The notes: generated by a model from the sequence alone, not told the origin. DNA of 64,000 bases from Gammaproteobacteria bacterium (GCA_965238175.1 CBDEGZ010000003.1:2208001-2272000), one strand, 5' to 3'; shown: positions 49,430-59,616, counted from the stretch's first letter. Translations and numbers: made by a program.

Positions 49430-52165
49430 ATGGCCAATAAGGTTGAAATCGCATTAAAGCTGTTAAAGGATCAGTTCGTTCAGGATTCCAAAACAGCTGC
49501 GAGCGCCTATACCAAAGACATAAATCAAATTCGTAAAGCCGGTGACCAATTAGTTGCTGCGCAAAAAAAAGGCAAATCAGAAACCGATAAGCTCAATGCC
49601 GCAAGAAGTAACCTGGGTGTAACATCCTTGCGTCAACAGCAACGCGAAGTTTCCAAACTCACCGCTAGTTACAACCGCCTGGCAAATTCAGGCAAGGCTG
49701 GCAGTCGTGAATTGCTACAGGCACAAGAAGCACTACGCCGAAAAGTGGCTGAGGTTCGTGGTGAAGTTATTCGAGAAGGTAACGCGCTTAAATCTGTCGG
49801 CAAATCATTAGCCCCTTTTATTGGTGTTGGTGCGGCAACTTTATTCGCTAAACGATTGGGCGGCTCAGCTATTGCCGCATCTGATGATTATAAACGCTTA
49901 AATAGTCAGATAAGATTAGTCACCAACAGCCAGGAAGAGCTGGCTTCAACGAATGAAAAATTGTTCCGGCTAGCGCAAGAAACACGATCAGAATTTGCGC
50001 CGGTTGTCACGCTATACACTCGTGCCGCGAGAGCCACAAAAAGTCTCGGATTAAGTCAGAACACTTTACTAGACATCACTAGAGCGGTGAATCAGGCAAC
50101 GCAAATATCCGGTGCCACACAACAGGAAAGTACTTCATCGGTGATCCAGTTTACGCAAGCATTGCAATCGGGCGTATTGCGCGGCGAAGAGTTCAATAGC
50201 GTCTCAGAAAATGGTGCCAGATTGATTACCGCATTGGCGGATGGCCTCGGTGTTCCGATTGAGAAAATGCGCGAACTGGCTGAGGCTGGAGAGCTAACCA
50301 GGGATAAACTAATTGCAGCACTAACCTCACAGTCAAGCGTCATTAATGCCGAGTTTGAACAGCTTGATCTTACTGTTGAACAATCGCTGACGAGACTTAG
50401 TAACTCATTCCAACGAGCGGTAGCGCAATCCGATACAAGCGGTCTTATTGATGCAATTAAGGATCTGGAAAGAGTCGTTTCTGATCCAGCGACGATTGAG
50501 GGTCTGGCCAATCTCACCGGAGCTATTGTTAGTCTTGTCAATGTGGCCATAAATGCCGGAACTGAATTCGCGCAATTTTCAAAAAACTTAGGTGAAGATA
50601 TTGCTGCACTAATTCACGGGCCTCTCGGTGAAATTGGTGAACTGGACAAACGCATCGAACGACTGAAAGAATCTCTGGGAGATACCTTCACATTAGGTTT
50701 TGGTGTTGATCTTGGTGCTGGATTTGTTGATGATGCAGAAGTCCTTGCTAAAATTTCAGAACTTGAAAAGCTCCGGGATTTAGCTTTAGAAAGACAAGGT
50801 TTCCAAACCGAGCCACAAAAAAAAGCAGCAGCAGAAGCGGTTCAAATCGAGCAAACCAAGTCAGATCAGATCACCGGCATTGAGCGACAAATTGCGGAAA
50901 CAAAAAACAGCCTCTCCGAACTGCATTTAGAACGTTCAAAAAAAGTCGCTGATGCAGAATTAAAGATTGCAAAAGCTAAAGGTGCGGAAGTAATCCAACA
51001 AATTAAGCAAGATTTAAATGCTCAAAAAACAGCGATTAATGATCGTTTAAATCTGATTCGTGAGGCTGGTCAAAAGATTCTCGACGTTGAACGAAAAATA
51101 GCCGATGAACGCCGCAATATTGCCGACATTGAAAAAGGTGTGGAAGACAAACTGTTCGAACGATCACTGACTGGAAAATCTGACGATACACAACAAAAAG
51201 AAATCGAACAACGCGCTACCGAAAGGCTTATTGATGCAGAACAGGCATTGCGTGATGGCCGGCTTGAAGAAGCGCTGCAAAACTCACAGCAAGTCCAGGT
51301 GTTATCAGACCGACTGACGAATATTGATCGGGCAAATGCCTTATTAGTTGAAGGTTCGAACATAGAGAAAAAAGTCAGCGAAGAAAATATTAAATTTCGA
51401 GAGTCACAAGGAAAAGCTCTCAAAGAATATCAAGAGATACAACAAAGTATTGTCGCGTTGCAGCGCGAAGAACTAGAAACACAACAAACCAGCCTCAGCC
51501 AATTAACAGAGCAGCTGCAATCACTAGGGCAAGTTTCGCCGACGATTAAAATTGAAAGCAACATAGATCAAGTTCTAGCACAACTTGGCAAGCTCGAAGC
51601 CAAGTTAGCCAACTTACAAAACTCAGGCTTTTCAGTCGGCGGAAGTATTCCCGGTTTCAACACAGGCGGTGCCATAGATCGCAGAATGATCTTAGCTGAA
51701 GATGGCGAATGGTATTTGCCTCCATCGGTGGTCAATCACTATGGCAGTAACTCCATTTCCGCAATCAATAAAATGCAGCTACCGAAGTTTGCTGAAGGCG
51801 GAAAATTACCCGGCTACGGCGGTGGTGATCGTCGTCTGATGGCACCTCAAGTCGGTGGCTACATTATTCGTAAAGAAGCTGCTCGAAAGTATGGTGATGG
51901 CCTCATGTCTTCACTGCTAGCAAAACGTTTACCTAAGTTTCAGCTAGGTGGAGGGATAGGCCAAGGGATAAGAATAAATCCCGGACTTATGAACCTGCCA
52001 CAAATGGCAGTGGGTGGTTCGGTACCCGCCGCCGCAAATTCAAGCCCAGGAACAACACAGCGACATGAAATAGTTCTCGGTGAAAAGCAATTCAATATTT
52101 TTGGTGAAGATGATCAGGTGCGTGGATTAGTCACTGCACTTACAGAAGTTGCAAGGGGTGGGTGA
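49430..52165 (+). CDS. Tape measure protein
   Basis: LYTR, QFTQALQSGVLRGEEFNSV.EN, coiled coil, C-terminal FxxGG repeats. Confidence 0.93.
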   Translation: MANKVEIALKLLKDQFVQDSKTAASAYTKDINQIRKAGDQLVAAQKKGKSETDKLNAARSNLGVTSLRQQQREVSKLTASYNRLANSGKAGSRELLQAQEALRRKVAEVRGEVIREGNALKSVGKSLAPFIGVGAATLFAKRLGGSAIAASDDYKRLNSQIRLVTNSQEELASTNEKLFRLAQETRSEFAPVVTLYTRAARATKSLGLSQNTLLDITRAVNQATQISGATQQESTSSVIQFTQALQSGVLRGEEFNSVSENGARLITALADGLGVPIEKMRELAEAGELTRDKLIAALTSQSSVINAEFEQLDLTVEQSLTRLSNSFQRAVAQSDTSGLIDAIKDLERVVSDPATIEGLANLTGAIVSLVNVAINAGTEFAQFSKNLGEDIAALIHGPLGEIGELDKRIERLKESLGDTFTLGFGVDLGAGFVDDAEVLAKISELEKLRDLALERQGFQTEPQKKAAAEAVQIEQTKSDQITGIERQIAETKNSLSELHLERSKKVADAELKIAKAKGAEVIQQIKQDLNAQKTAINDRLNLIREAGQKILDVERKIADERRNIADIEKGVEDKLFERSLTGKSDDTQQKEIEQRATERLIDAEQALRDGRLEEALQNSQQVQVLSDRLTNIDRANALLVEGSNIEKKVSEENIKFRESQGKALKEYQEIQQSIVALQREELETQQTSLSQLTEQLQSLGQVSPTIKIESNIDQVLAQLGKLEAKLANLQNSGFSVGGSIPGFNTGGAIDRRMILAEDGEWYLPPSVVNHYGSNSISAINKMQLPKFAEGGKLPGYGGGDRRLMAPQVGGYIIRKEAARKYGDGLMSSLLAKRLPKFQLGGGIGQGIRINPGLMNLPQMAVGGSVPAAANSSPGTTQRHEIVLGEKQFNIFGEDDQVRGLVTALTEVARGG

Positions 52166-52446
52166 TGATTCATGACATTCTAATGAATCTTGATATGTTC
52201 AAAGCTGTCGATGATGGGTTTAAGAAGTCTGTCATTCTCGACAACACTAAAAGAGGCGTTCAAAAAGGCGATCTTTTAAGACTTCAAGAAGCCAAACAGA
52301 AATGGCGAAATGAGCAACAGTATGCATATCGTACAGGGTTTGAAATACTCGCAGGCGTTACTTACGTCGACACTGCAAAGCAACGAGAAGGCTTCGCAGT
52401 TATTTCAATCAACATTATTCAATCAAAGTGCGATAAAGAACAATGA
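52162..52446 (+). CDS. DUF3850 / ASCH-like protein
   Basis: HDI..F.AV.DG.K, GDLLRLQE, RTG..VTYV, GFAVISI. Confidence 0.7.
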   Translation: MMIHDILMNLDMFKAVDDGFKKSVILDNTKRGVQKGDLLRLQEAKQKWRNEQQYAYRTGFEILAGVTYVDTAKQREGFAVISINIIQSKCDKEQ

Positions 52447-52664
52447 GCCGACACCTTTGCCACTATCCAGATTGCAAAAAGCAAGTCCCTCCCAGAATGT
52501 GGGGATGCCAGATCCACTGGTTTAGATTGCCACTGTATTTGCGCAATAAAGTCTGGCGAGCTTATAAGCCAGGGCAAGAAATTAGAAAAGATCCGTCACC
52601 GCAATATATGGAAGTAATGCAAGAAGTAAAGCAATGGATTAATGAAAAAAAAATACTTTATTAA
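52443..52664 (+). CDS. Small Cys/His protein
   Basis: HLCHYPDC..VPP.MWGC..HW. Confidence 0.65.
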   Translation: MSRHLCHYPDCKKQVPPRMWGCQIHWFRLPLYLRNKVWRAYKPGQEIRKDPSPQYMEVMQEVKQWINEKKILY

Positions 52665-52683
52665 CCAAAGGAGAATAAAAAAT

Positions 52684-52854
52684 ATGACCACGACTGTAAC
52701 GATAGACGCACATTTGTCGTCAGAAAAAGAAGTGAAAGTAACAATTGTCGATGAGGGTGAAAATCTAGAAGAATTCTCTTTGCAGGATGGAGATTCAGAA
52801 CAGCGCCACGTTTACGATGGCAGGGAAATCCGTATTAAAGAAGTTGCTAAGTAA
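52684..52854 (+). CDS. Small acidic protein
   Basis: AGGAG RBS. Confidence 0.6.
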   Translation: MTTTVTIDAHLSSEKEVKVTIVDEGENLEEFSLQDGDSEQRHVYDGREIRIKEVAK

Positions 52855-52894
52855 CCAACTTTAAATATCGTTAATAACAAATAGGAGAAGAAAA

Positions 52895-53200
52895 ATGATC
52901 CACGTACTAATCAAACAAAGTGAAGATTCTAAATATCCAGTTTTGGCACATTTCGGTTCGGTTAACGAACTTAATAGCTTCTACCGTGACAAAATTCCTG
53001 GTGAGGTTATCGCCAACAAAAAAGATCTGGAAAAAGCTCTTAAAGATAACAAGGCCAACAACATGGTAACAACAATGTTAGAGCGAGTTAATCAAGATGA
53101 ACTGGCTGATGTTGAATGTGATATAGAAAGTGGTATTTGCATTGTGAAACCCGCCAAACCTGAATCTAAATCAGAAGTTTCAAAAGCAACAACGGCTTAG
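52895..53200 (+). CDS. Phage hypothetical protein
   Basis: AGGAG RBS. Confidence 0.6.
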   Translation: MIHVLIKQSEDSKYPVLAHFGSVNELNSFYRDKIPGEVIANKKDLEKALKDNKANNMVTTMLERVNQDELADVECDIESGICIVKPAKPESKSEVSKATTA

Positions 53201-53209
53201 CACAGCATT

Positions 53210-53461
53210 ATGAGTCAAGCTGAAATCCTTAGGCGAGTCATTCTTAATATAGCGAAGCCTGATAATGATAATACTGCTGAAGCAATTGAAATTCTTGAGG
53301 GCATAATCGCTGATGCAAAACGTTATCAATATATTCGTGAGCATCAGGCGTGGCTCAGGTTTGAGACGAATTGCTTTGTGGGCGTTGAATTGAAATACAA
53401 GGATGATCATACGCCTGCTGGCTCGTTGGATTCCTGTATTGATGGAAGGATGAAATCATAA
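53210..53461 (+). CDS. Phage hypothetical protein
   Basis: DAKRYQYIR...LDSCID motif common in small phage proteins. Confidence 0.6.
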   Translation: MSQAEILRRVILNIAKPDNDNTAEAIEILEGIIADAKRYQYIREHQAWLRFETNCFVGVELKYKDDHTPAGSLDSCIDGRMKS

Positions 53462-53463
53462 CA

Positions 53464-53832
53464 ATGCCTAATTTTCTTGACAGCATTCAACTACCCGATC
53501 AAGTCATATGGGTTGAGCAACACCAGTCACAAGGTGTTGCTCAATCTGTCACACCATTGCTGGGCGGTAATATCCACATCAGCACAGCAGCGGTACTGTC
53601 TGGAAAGTCTATGACATTAGTATTTGCTGAAGAAGTTGAGTGGGCCGAACAAGCACATGTCGACGCTATTTTGTTACTCGCAGAAACACCAGGTGCAACA
53701 TTCATCGTGCAGTGGGAAGGCAAAAGTTACAACGTTGCCTTTCGTCATCATGAAGCGCCGGCCGTATCATTCGATCCAATCTGGCCGTTTTATGCCGACT
53801 ATGTTGGCGTCATTAAGTTGATAACCGTATGA
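53464..53832 (+). CDS. Putative distal tail protein
   Basis: I.LP..I.W.E, V.FRH..PA, IKLITV; first structural-looking gene after tape measure. Confidence 0.6.
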   Translation: MPNFLDSIQLPDQVIWVEQHQSQGVAQSVTPLLGGNIHISTAAVLSGKSMTLVFAEEVEWAEQAHVDAILLLAETPGATFIVQWEGKSYNVAFRHHEAPAVSFDPIWPFYADYVGVIKLITV

Positions 53833-54770
53833 CGACCATAACCGCCGACTTACAATTTTCCGTTCGTGCATCTGCCAGCGCTAATGCCAGTGATGCCTTC
53901 GATCTGGTCGAACTACCAGAAGATCAAACTTACTTGCGCAGTGCGTTATACCAGCCCTTCATGAGCTGGCAACAACTTCAAGCGCAAGGCAACGGCAAAT
54001 ACGGCGAAGCATTACCACTGGCGCGATACGGCGTTATTAATCTACGTGTTTATTGTCCAGAAACAGTCACGCCAGAATTAATACCACTTGATCCAATTGA
54101 CCAGGAAGAAAAGTTATTTTTCTTTATCGGGCTATCGTTTCTTAACATCAGCTCATCCGGTTACAAAGGCAAACAAGTTGAAGCCACTGGCAGAACCCGA
54201 ACAGACAAAATCGAAAATATCCGCTTCGATGGCCAGAACCGCGCATCATTAAAATACAATTATGACCCAGGCGAAATCACCATACTTTATCAAACCAATT
54301 TCCTCGATAAAGATGGCAATATTGTTGATCCGCCAACACTCAATAATCAAAGCGAATTCGTTTCAGATAAAGAAATTTATGGCGCATTAACCGTCCGTTA
54401 TCAACCCAGTTATGCCCGTTTCAAAGTCTATTATGATCTAACCGGATTCGGTGTCGATATCGAAGTTCGCGGCTTCTACTCATCACTAAAAAACAAACGA
54501 CAACCATCGCTGGCAATCATGGCCAGGTACGGCACTCAATCGGACTTACAAGAATTCAGCCGCGATGTAGAAGATTGGGACTTCAGCCAAATAAACACCG
54601 GCTCTGAAGATTTCGACGGCACCGAACAAAGTACCGAAACTGTCAATGAAACCAAACGAATTACCAACCCGAATGATCCGGAAGATTATGTAGATGTACA
54701 GCGACCAAGAGTACTGAAGTTTACCGACAAGAATGGCCGGTTTATCTACTTACGAATGGTGTCGCAATAA
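53829..54770 (+). CDS. Putative tail protein
   Basis: Coupled ORF in tail module. Confidence 0.6.
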   Translation: MTTITADLQFSVRASASANASDAFDLVELPEDQTYLRSALYQPFMSWQQLQAQGNGKYGEALPLARYGVINLRVYCPETVTPELIPLDPIDQEEKLFFFIGLSFLNISSSGYKGKQVEATGRTRTDKIENIRFDGQNRASLKYNYDPGEITILYQTNFLDKDGNIVDPPTLNNQSEFVSDKEIYGALTVRYQPSYARFKVYYDLTGFGVDIEVRGFYSSLKNKRQPSLAIMARYGTQSDLQEFSRDVEDWDFSQINTGSEDFDGTEQSTETVNETKRITNPNDPEDYVDVQRPRVLKFTDKNGRFIYLRMVSQ

Positions 54771-55219
54771 TGGACTACGCAGAGACAATATTTGATCGGG
54801 TTGTTGGGGTTGCATGGTCTGATATGGAAGGTGAAGAAGGACAGCCAACAGTTGTGTCATCTACCTGTGAGTGGGTTCTTGTTTCTTCTCAATCAACCAG
54901 TTCCCGCAGTATACCTCCCGATAATTCGTTTTCCTCAACAGGTAGTATCTTGACTTATGGAAAACAAGTGTTAACGACCTATTCGGATGGCCATTCAGTA
55001 GGGGGTATTGCTCAGACCGCTAAAGTTCATGTCGGTGTTGGTCATTATGACTTTACAAATGAACAGGGGTATGGAACCAAAGGAACCAAAACGGTGACTT
55101 TTAACCCCTCAACAGGTTTGGCAACAGCTGAAATAACCACCAGTACTTTCAATCAGGACGGTAGCGGCGATTCCAGTTCAGGGAAACTGCATTATTACCA
55201 ATTCACACCATGCAACTAG
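54770..55219 (+). CDS. Putative tail protein
   Basis: Ser/Thr-rich, coupled. Confidence 0.55.
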   Translation: MDYAETIFDRVVGVAWSDMEGEEGQPTVVSSTCEWVLVSSQSTSSRSIPPDNSFSSTGSILTYGKQVLTTYSDGHSVGGIAQTAKVHVGVGHYDFTNEQGYGTKGTKTVTFNPSTGLATAEITTSTFNQDGSGDSSSGKLHYYQFTPCN

Positions 55220-55229
55220 GAGAAATATT

Positions 55230-56240
55230 ATGACAATAACACCCAATGATATGGGCTTTTATAAACCTAAAACTATCAACAATACTGACACTAACGGTGG
55301 AAGAATGAGTAAAAATTTATTTACGGATGCTTCTAACGAAAACATCTTCCCTGCAATCTATTTAGATGCTCTTGGCTCAGATATTGTTCGCTACCGAAAG
55401 ATGTTCCTGAAGATTGCTACTGATGATGATGCGGTTGCTGCTAGTGCGAAAATCGCTATGCTAAGACCTGCCAGCGCCGATGACGAGGTGACGTTTTTCT
55501 CAGGCACCCACACTGACACGCAAGCTGATATCACAGGCTCAGAACAACAGTTTGGTTGTGGTCAATTGACAACAGATATTAGCGCTGGTGCAACCGAAAT
55601 GACTGTTACTTCCGAAGCTGGGGCCGTCAGGCCGGTATTCGATGATGGTATGTTGATCATGATCAGTGATAAAACTAGCGTGTCGTCCGGCACAGGTAAT
55701 CGGGAGTATCTAACACTGGCCGCATCAAACGCAGTCAGTTGGAACGGTAGCGATGCAACGTTGACATTAGAAGCCGGAAGCTTGCCGCAAAATGATTATC
55801 TGGCAGCTGATACTTACGTTTCATCAGCAATTGATGTACCTGGTGGCATAGGAGGTGTTTCCAGCGCATACAGCACCTTGTCGAGCGGTGGTACATTCGA
55901 TAATTCCGGTAACCCTGTTATGGTTGATGCTATTGGCGGAGTTTACGAAAATTGGACGTTAACCTTTGATAGTTCAATCAACTATACTCTGTTTGGCGAT
56001 ACGGTGGGTGCGTTAACTGGCGGTAATATCAGCATAGATTTCTCACCAAACAATCCTGATTTTTCAAAACCTTTTCTAACGATTCCCTCAGCGGCATTTT
56101 TTGGTACTTTCGTAGCAGGTGATCAGATTACATTCAAAACCTCTCCATTCTCTCAAGCAATATGGCTAAAAAACTTCACACTGGCCAGCGCCAGTAGCAG
56201 TGCTCAATCAAAATTCATTCTTTTTTATGACGTGAGTTAA
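55230..56240 (+). CDS. Putative tail tip / virion protein
   Basis: NGGRMS, NIFP, YRKMFLK. Confidence 0.65.
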   Translation: MTITPNDMGFYKPKTINNTDTNGGRMSKNLFTDASNENIFPAIYLDALGSDIVRYRKMFLKIATDDDAVAASAKIAMLRPASADDEVTFFSGTHTDTQADITGSEQQFGCGQLTTDISAGATEMTVTSEAGAVRPVFDDGMLIMISDKTSVSSGTGNREYLTLAASNAVSWNGSDATLTLEAGSLPQNDYLAADTYVSSAIDVPGGIGGVSSAYSTLSSGGTFDNSGNPVMVDAIGGVYENWTLTFDSSINYTLFGDTVGALTGGNISIDFSPNNPDFSKPFLTIPSAAFFGTFVAGDQITFKTSPFSQAIWLKNFTLASASSSAQSKFILFYDVS

Positions 56241-56244
56241 TGCT

Positions 56245-57117
56245 ATGACTACTAATTTTCATCCCACAAACTTCACCAAAGTTTTGCATGATATATTCAC
56301 AGGCAATCCTCAAAACTACCCGAATGATTTCAACAGTAATTATTCACGAGTAAATTTCTACTCAGGACAACAACCAAACGCTGTTGCCGATGCATTCGAT
56401 TCTCAAGGCGGGGTGTTTTTAGGATCAACTAATTCACTGAAAGACTATTTTGGCCCTCCTTCAGGAGGTGTTTCCAGATTGCTTTTTCCAAGCATGATCA
56501 ACGTTACAATTTCTGGAACCGTGGAATGGGCACGTTTTTATTCTGGATATTACTCCAGCTCTACGCGAGCAGTCATTGACACACCAGTCTCGTTAACAGG
56601 TAACGGCGGCGGAATGATTGTTGATGATTTGGCCTTCGTTGCAAGTGATGTGAGTACGCTAGAAAAGCTTGCTTTTTTCTTGCCAGAAACATTAGGTACC
56701 GTCAGCTTGTCGCTTGCACTTCGTAACCAAATACTTGACAGCTTTATTAACGGGCAATCGCAGTTTCCAAATGTTGGTCAACAATCAATATTATCTATCT
56801 ACACAGGCTCGTTGCCGAGTTCTATTTATGACACTGCGACAGGAACGAAGTTGGCCGATTTTGAAAGTGCCTCATCAAGTACAGGAATGTGGTCAGTAGC
56901 GCTTTCTAGCGGCGAATCTGTAATTAGTTCTGAAGGTAGCTGGAATACGGTAACGACTGTTGGTGCGGGTGTGCCAGGTTACTTTCGCTTAGTTAAAGGA
57001 GATCTTGTTATGCAAGGCACTTGTAGCACAGGTGGCGCTGACATGAGTGTAGATAAAGCATCGGTTATTATGGGTGATTCACTAACAATAAGTGAAGGAA
57101 CCTTGATTGCCGCGTGA
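56245..57117 (+). CDS. Putative virion protein with two internal repeats
   Basis: FYSGQQP.A..G..LG and IYTGSLP.S..GTKLA repeats. Confidence 0.6.
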   Translation: MTTNFHPTNFTKVLHDIFTGNPQNYPNDFNSNYSRVNFYSGQQPNAVADAFDSQGGVFLGSTNSLKDYFGPPSGGVSRLLFPSMINVTISGTVEWARFYSGYYSSSTRAVIDTPVSLTGNGGGMIVDDLAFVASDVSTLEKLAFFLPETLGTVSLSLALRNQILDSFINGQSQFPNVGQQSILSIYTGSLPSSIYDTATGTKLADFESASSSTGMWSVALSSGESVISSEGSWNTVTTVGAGVPGYFRLVKGDLVMQGTCSTGGADMSVDKASVIMGDSLTISEGTLIAA

Positions 57118-57806
57118 GTATTTCATTATTCATTCAGGTTGGTGATTTTGAGCCGGGTTCAGGGATTAAACTACCTACCGTTTCGTTAGGTGATTACGAA
57201 ACTGATTCCGGTATTACACTGCCGGTTGTAGACTTAAGTGAACTACCTGCTGCCGGTGCGATTAAATTGCCTGTTATGGGGTTAGGTGAACGCGCACCGT
57301 GGGATCCCATATGGGTACAAATTACCGGCCAAAACAGCATCGGTACTGCACGTCCGATCGTACAATTTGATGCGACGCACCGTGTTGGTGTAGACCGTCC
57401 TTTGTTACAAATCAAAGGTCAAAATTTAACCCTTGTGTCGAAACAGATCGATGGCCAGGCTGCTCTTTATTCAGGCAAACAGATCACCAGTAGAACGCCA
57501 ATATATAACGCCAAGCAGATTACAGGTCAAAGCCGCGTTTCATCGATAATTTCATTTACTGTAGTAACTTCGTTAGTGGTAGCAAAGCAGCTGGTAGGGG
57601 CGCACCGCATTGGTATTGCAACTGCGATTAAACAACTGAGTGGAACACATCGTATCGGCCTGACGCAAGTGGCCAAACAAATCACCGGAACACATCAAAT
57701 TGGTGTCGCAAAAAGAGCAGCACTGCAAATCACTGGACGTAACCGAATTATTGATAATACAACGACCGTTCAAACAGCCATTAAACCCGTCATAATCAGA
57801 CAATAA
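57114..57806 (+). CDS. Putative fibre-like repeat protein
   Basis: Repeated KQITG.H.IG motifs. Confidence 0.55.
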   Translation: MSISLFIQVGDFEPGSGIKLPTVSLGDYETDSGITLPVVDLSELPAAGAIKLPVMGLGERAPWDPIWVQITGQNSIGTARPIVQFDATHRVGVDRPLLQIKGQNLTLVSKQIDGQAALYSGKQITSRTPIYNAKQITGQSRVSSIISFTVVTSLVVAKQLVGAHRIGIATAIKQLSGTHRIGLTQVAKQITGTHQIGVAKRAALQITGRNRIIDNTTTVQTAIKPVIIRQ

Positions 57807-57811
57807 ACGCC

Positions 57812-59188
57812 ATGCCAGCAGAGATAAAAATAGCTCAATTCACACTGTCGCAGAATTCCAGTTCACATTCTTGGAAAGCACAAATTGCGCTGGCCGATAA
57901 AGCCGAGTGGCAGCGTTTCGAATTGCGTGATCCATTCGTTATTCAATTAGGCAATGTGACCTATAATTTAGTGGTCGACAACAAACAGTTACAACGCCTA
58001 TCATCGGTCAATAACGTCCCTGTAATCACTGCGCTTAGTCCACTCTCATTGCACGGCTCCTCACGCGCATCACGCATCACTAAAAGCTGGAATACGGCTG
58101 TCACAGCACAGGTCGCCGTCGAAGAAGTGTTAGAACAAAGTATCGACTGGAAAATAGTTAATTGGACAATTGAGGCAGGCAAGCTGGCCTTTACTGATGC
58201 TTATCCACTCGACATAGCACGAACAATTATTAATGCCGCTGGTGGCATTCTACGCTCGAATCCGGACGGCACAGTCAAGGCCGAAAAAGCCTTTCCAGTC
58301 AGCGTGAAAGATTGGCAAACTGCCAGCATTGATCACACGCTCACCGACTTAAACGACAACGTTAATATCATCGAATTAAATCAACATAAAGAGTTGGTAA
58401 ACAAGGTCACAATTTCAAGTGATTCCAGTGATAGTTCACAGCTACAAATGCAGATTGATCCACGTCCGGAAGGACTCAATAATGGCAAGTTTTCATTCGC
58501 ACCAGGCGACACAGTGGGAGTGCTGGCATTTGCCTCTGAAGGCGTGACAATCGGCCAGCCAGAAAGTTCAAGCGGCACCGTCACAACAGAAGCCGATCAG
58601 ACCTTCCAGCAAACACAAGACCTATCATTTTCTGATACAGATTCAGCAACACTAAGCTACCCAGCAAACAGCATCGAAAGTATCCTCTGGATAGGAAATG
58701 ATCTAGGCGCAATTGCATTAGATACTGATCGGAGAACAGCGCTAATAACAACACCAGGAACAGGCGTTTGTAGAGTCACATACAGTGTCACTGCGAAGGC
58801 TTACAAAGTGACCACAGAACAGAGTGTAAGCGGCCTGACAGAATACCCGGTTCAACTACACCTCGAAGGTGAAACAGGTACCGCCAGCAGCCAACGATCA
58901 ATCATCGGTCAGCGTGGTGATGGTGACAAACAAGGCGTCGATATCAGCGACCCAATCCTGACCGACATACAAGCTTTACTGGCAAGAGCAACAACCGAAT
59001 TAGACAAAGGCGAACCACTACAACCAGTCGCTCTGGAATGCGTTCATCGAGAAGGGTTAGAACAGGGTCAAATAGCACTAATCGTTGACTCTCAACAAGC
59101 CCCAAATTGGCGCGGAATGATCAATGGAATAAACCACCAATATGATGGTATAAAGACCCTAACAAAACTCGACATTCTGAGGCCGTAA
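57812..59188 (+). CDS. Putative tail hub protein
   Basis: 458 aa; P.DI...I..AAGG.L.S..DG motif. Confidence 0.55.
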   Translation: MPAEIKIAQFTLSQNSSSHSWKAQIALADKAEWQRFELRDPFVIQLGNVTYNLVVDNKQLQRLSSVNNVPVITALSPLSLHGSSRASRITKSWNTAVTAQVAVEEVLEQSIDWKIVNWTIEAGKLAFTDAYPLDIARTIINAAGGILRSNPDGTVKAEKAFPVSVKDWQTASIDHTLTDLNDNVNIIELNQHKELVNKVTISSDSSDSSQLQMQIDPRPEGLNNGKFSFAPGDTVGVLAFASEGVTIGQPESSSGTVTTEADQTFQQTQDLSFSDTDSATLSYPANSIESILWIGNDLGAIALDTDRRTALITTPGTGVCRVTYSVTAKAYKVTTEQSVSGLTEYPVQLHLEGETGTASSQRSIIGQRGDGDKQGVDISDPILTDIQALLARATTELDKGEPLQPVALECVHREGLEQGQIALIVDSQQAPNWRGMINGINHQYDGIKTLTKLDILRP

Positions 59189-59407
59189 ATGAGCGATATA
59201 GACACCATCAAAAACGCCCTAGTAGGCGACCAGAATCAAACAGGAACAGTGGTTAAAGTAACAAGCACCACAATGGAAGTGTCAACAGCCAAAGGAATAG
59301 TCACCACAACACCGCAAGCAGGCGTCATAAAAGGCCAGCGAGTAACCATCAAACAGGGCATTATTACCCCATTAAACACCCATAAAGCAGCGACTTTTTA
59401 CTTATAG
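59189..59407 (+). CDS. Small terminal tail protein (OB-like)
   Basis: QTGTVVKV..V.T..G, GQRVTI. Confidence 0.55.
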   Translation: MSDIDTIKNALVGDQNQTGTVVKVTSTTMEVSTAKGIVTTTPQAGVIKGQRVTIKQGIITPLNTHKAATFYL

Positions 59408-59420
59408 AAGGGATATCAAC

Positions 59421-59468
59421 TAGATCAAACCATCTGACGTGATCGATCAAACCAAGTGGCGCGTTACA
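59421..59468 (+). other. Prophage right end with two tandem putative transposase-binding sites
   Basis: gatcaaacca twice, terminal gcgcgttaCA followed by TATAG. Confidence 0.88.
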
Positions 59469-59486
59469 TATAGAGAGTGCATACGA

Positions 59487-59512
59487 TAGATCAAACCATG
59501 TGGCGCGTTACA
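59487..59512 (+). mobile_element. Orphan second right end of a related Mu-like element
   Basis: 24/26 identical to 59443-59468 but lies outside the target duplication. Confidence 0.8.
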
Positions 59513-59529
59513 GGTGCTGGATATTAAAA

Positions 59530-59616
59530 TGGTGCCCGGGGCCGGAGTCGAACCGGCACGGTGTTGCCACCGAGGGATTTTAAGTCCCTTGCGTCTACCA
59601 ATTTCGCCACCCGGGC
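59530..59616 (-). tRNA. leuZ: tRNA-Leu(TAA)
   Basis: 87-nt cloverleaf with long variable arm, anticodon loop CTTAAAA, CCA; symbol by synteny. Confidence 0.97.

Larger units (their letters stand above)
20373..59468 (+). mobile_element. Mu-like transposable prophage, apparently complete (39,096 bp), non-contractile tail
   Basis: TG...CA termini flanked by TATAG direct repeats (20368-20372 and 59469-59473); c-ner-A-B, gam, gemA, mor, lysis, Mu-type head genes, tape measure; no sheath gene recognised. Confidence 0.95.

Noticed and set aside
43768-59407. Diversity-generating retroelement or invertible tail-fibre segment
   Set aside because: No reverse transcriptase, template/variable repeat pair, invertase or flanking inverted sites seen.
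59487-59512. 59512 as the true prophage right end
   Set aside because: It is followed by GGTGC, which does not match the left flank; only 59468 gives the TATAG duplication.
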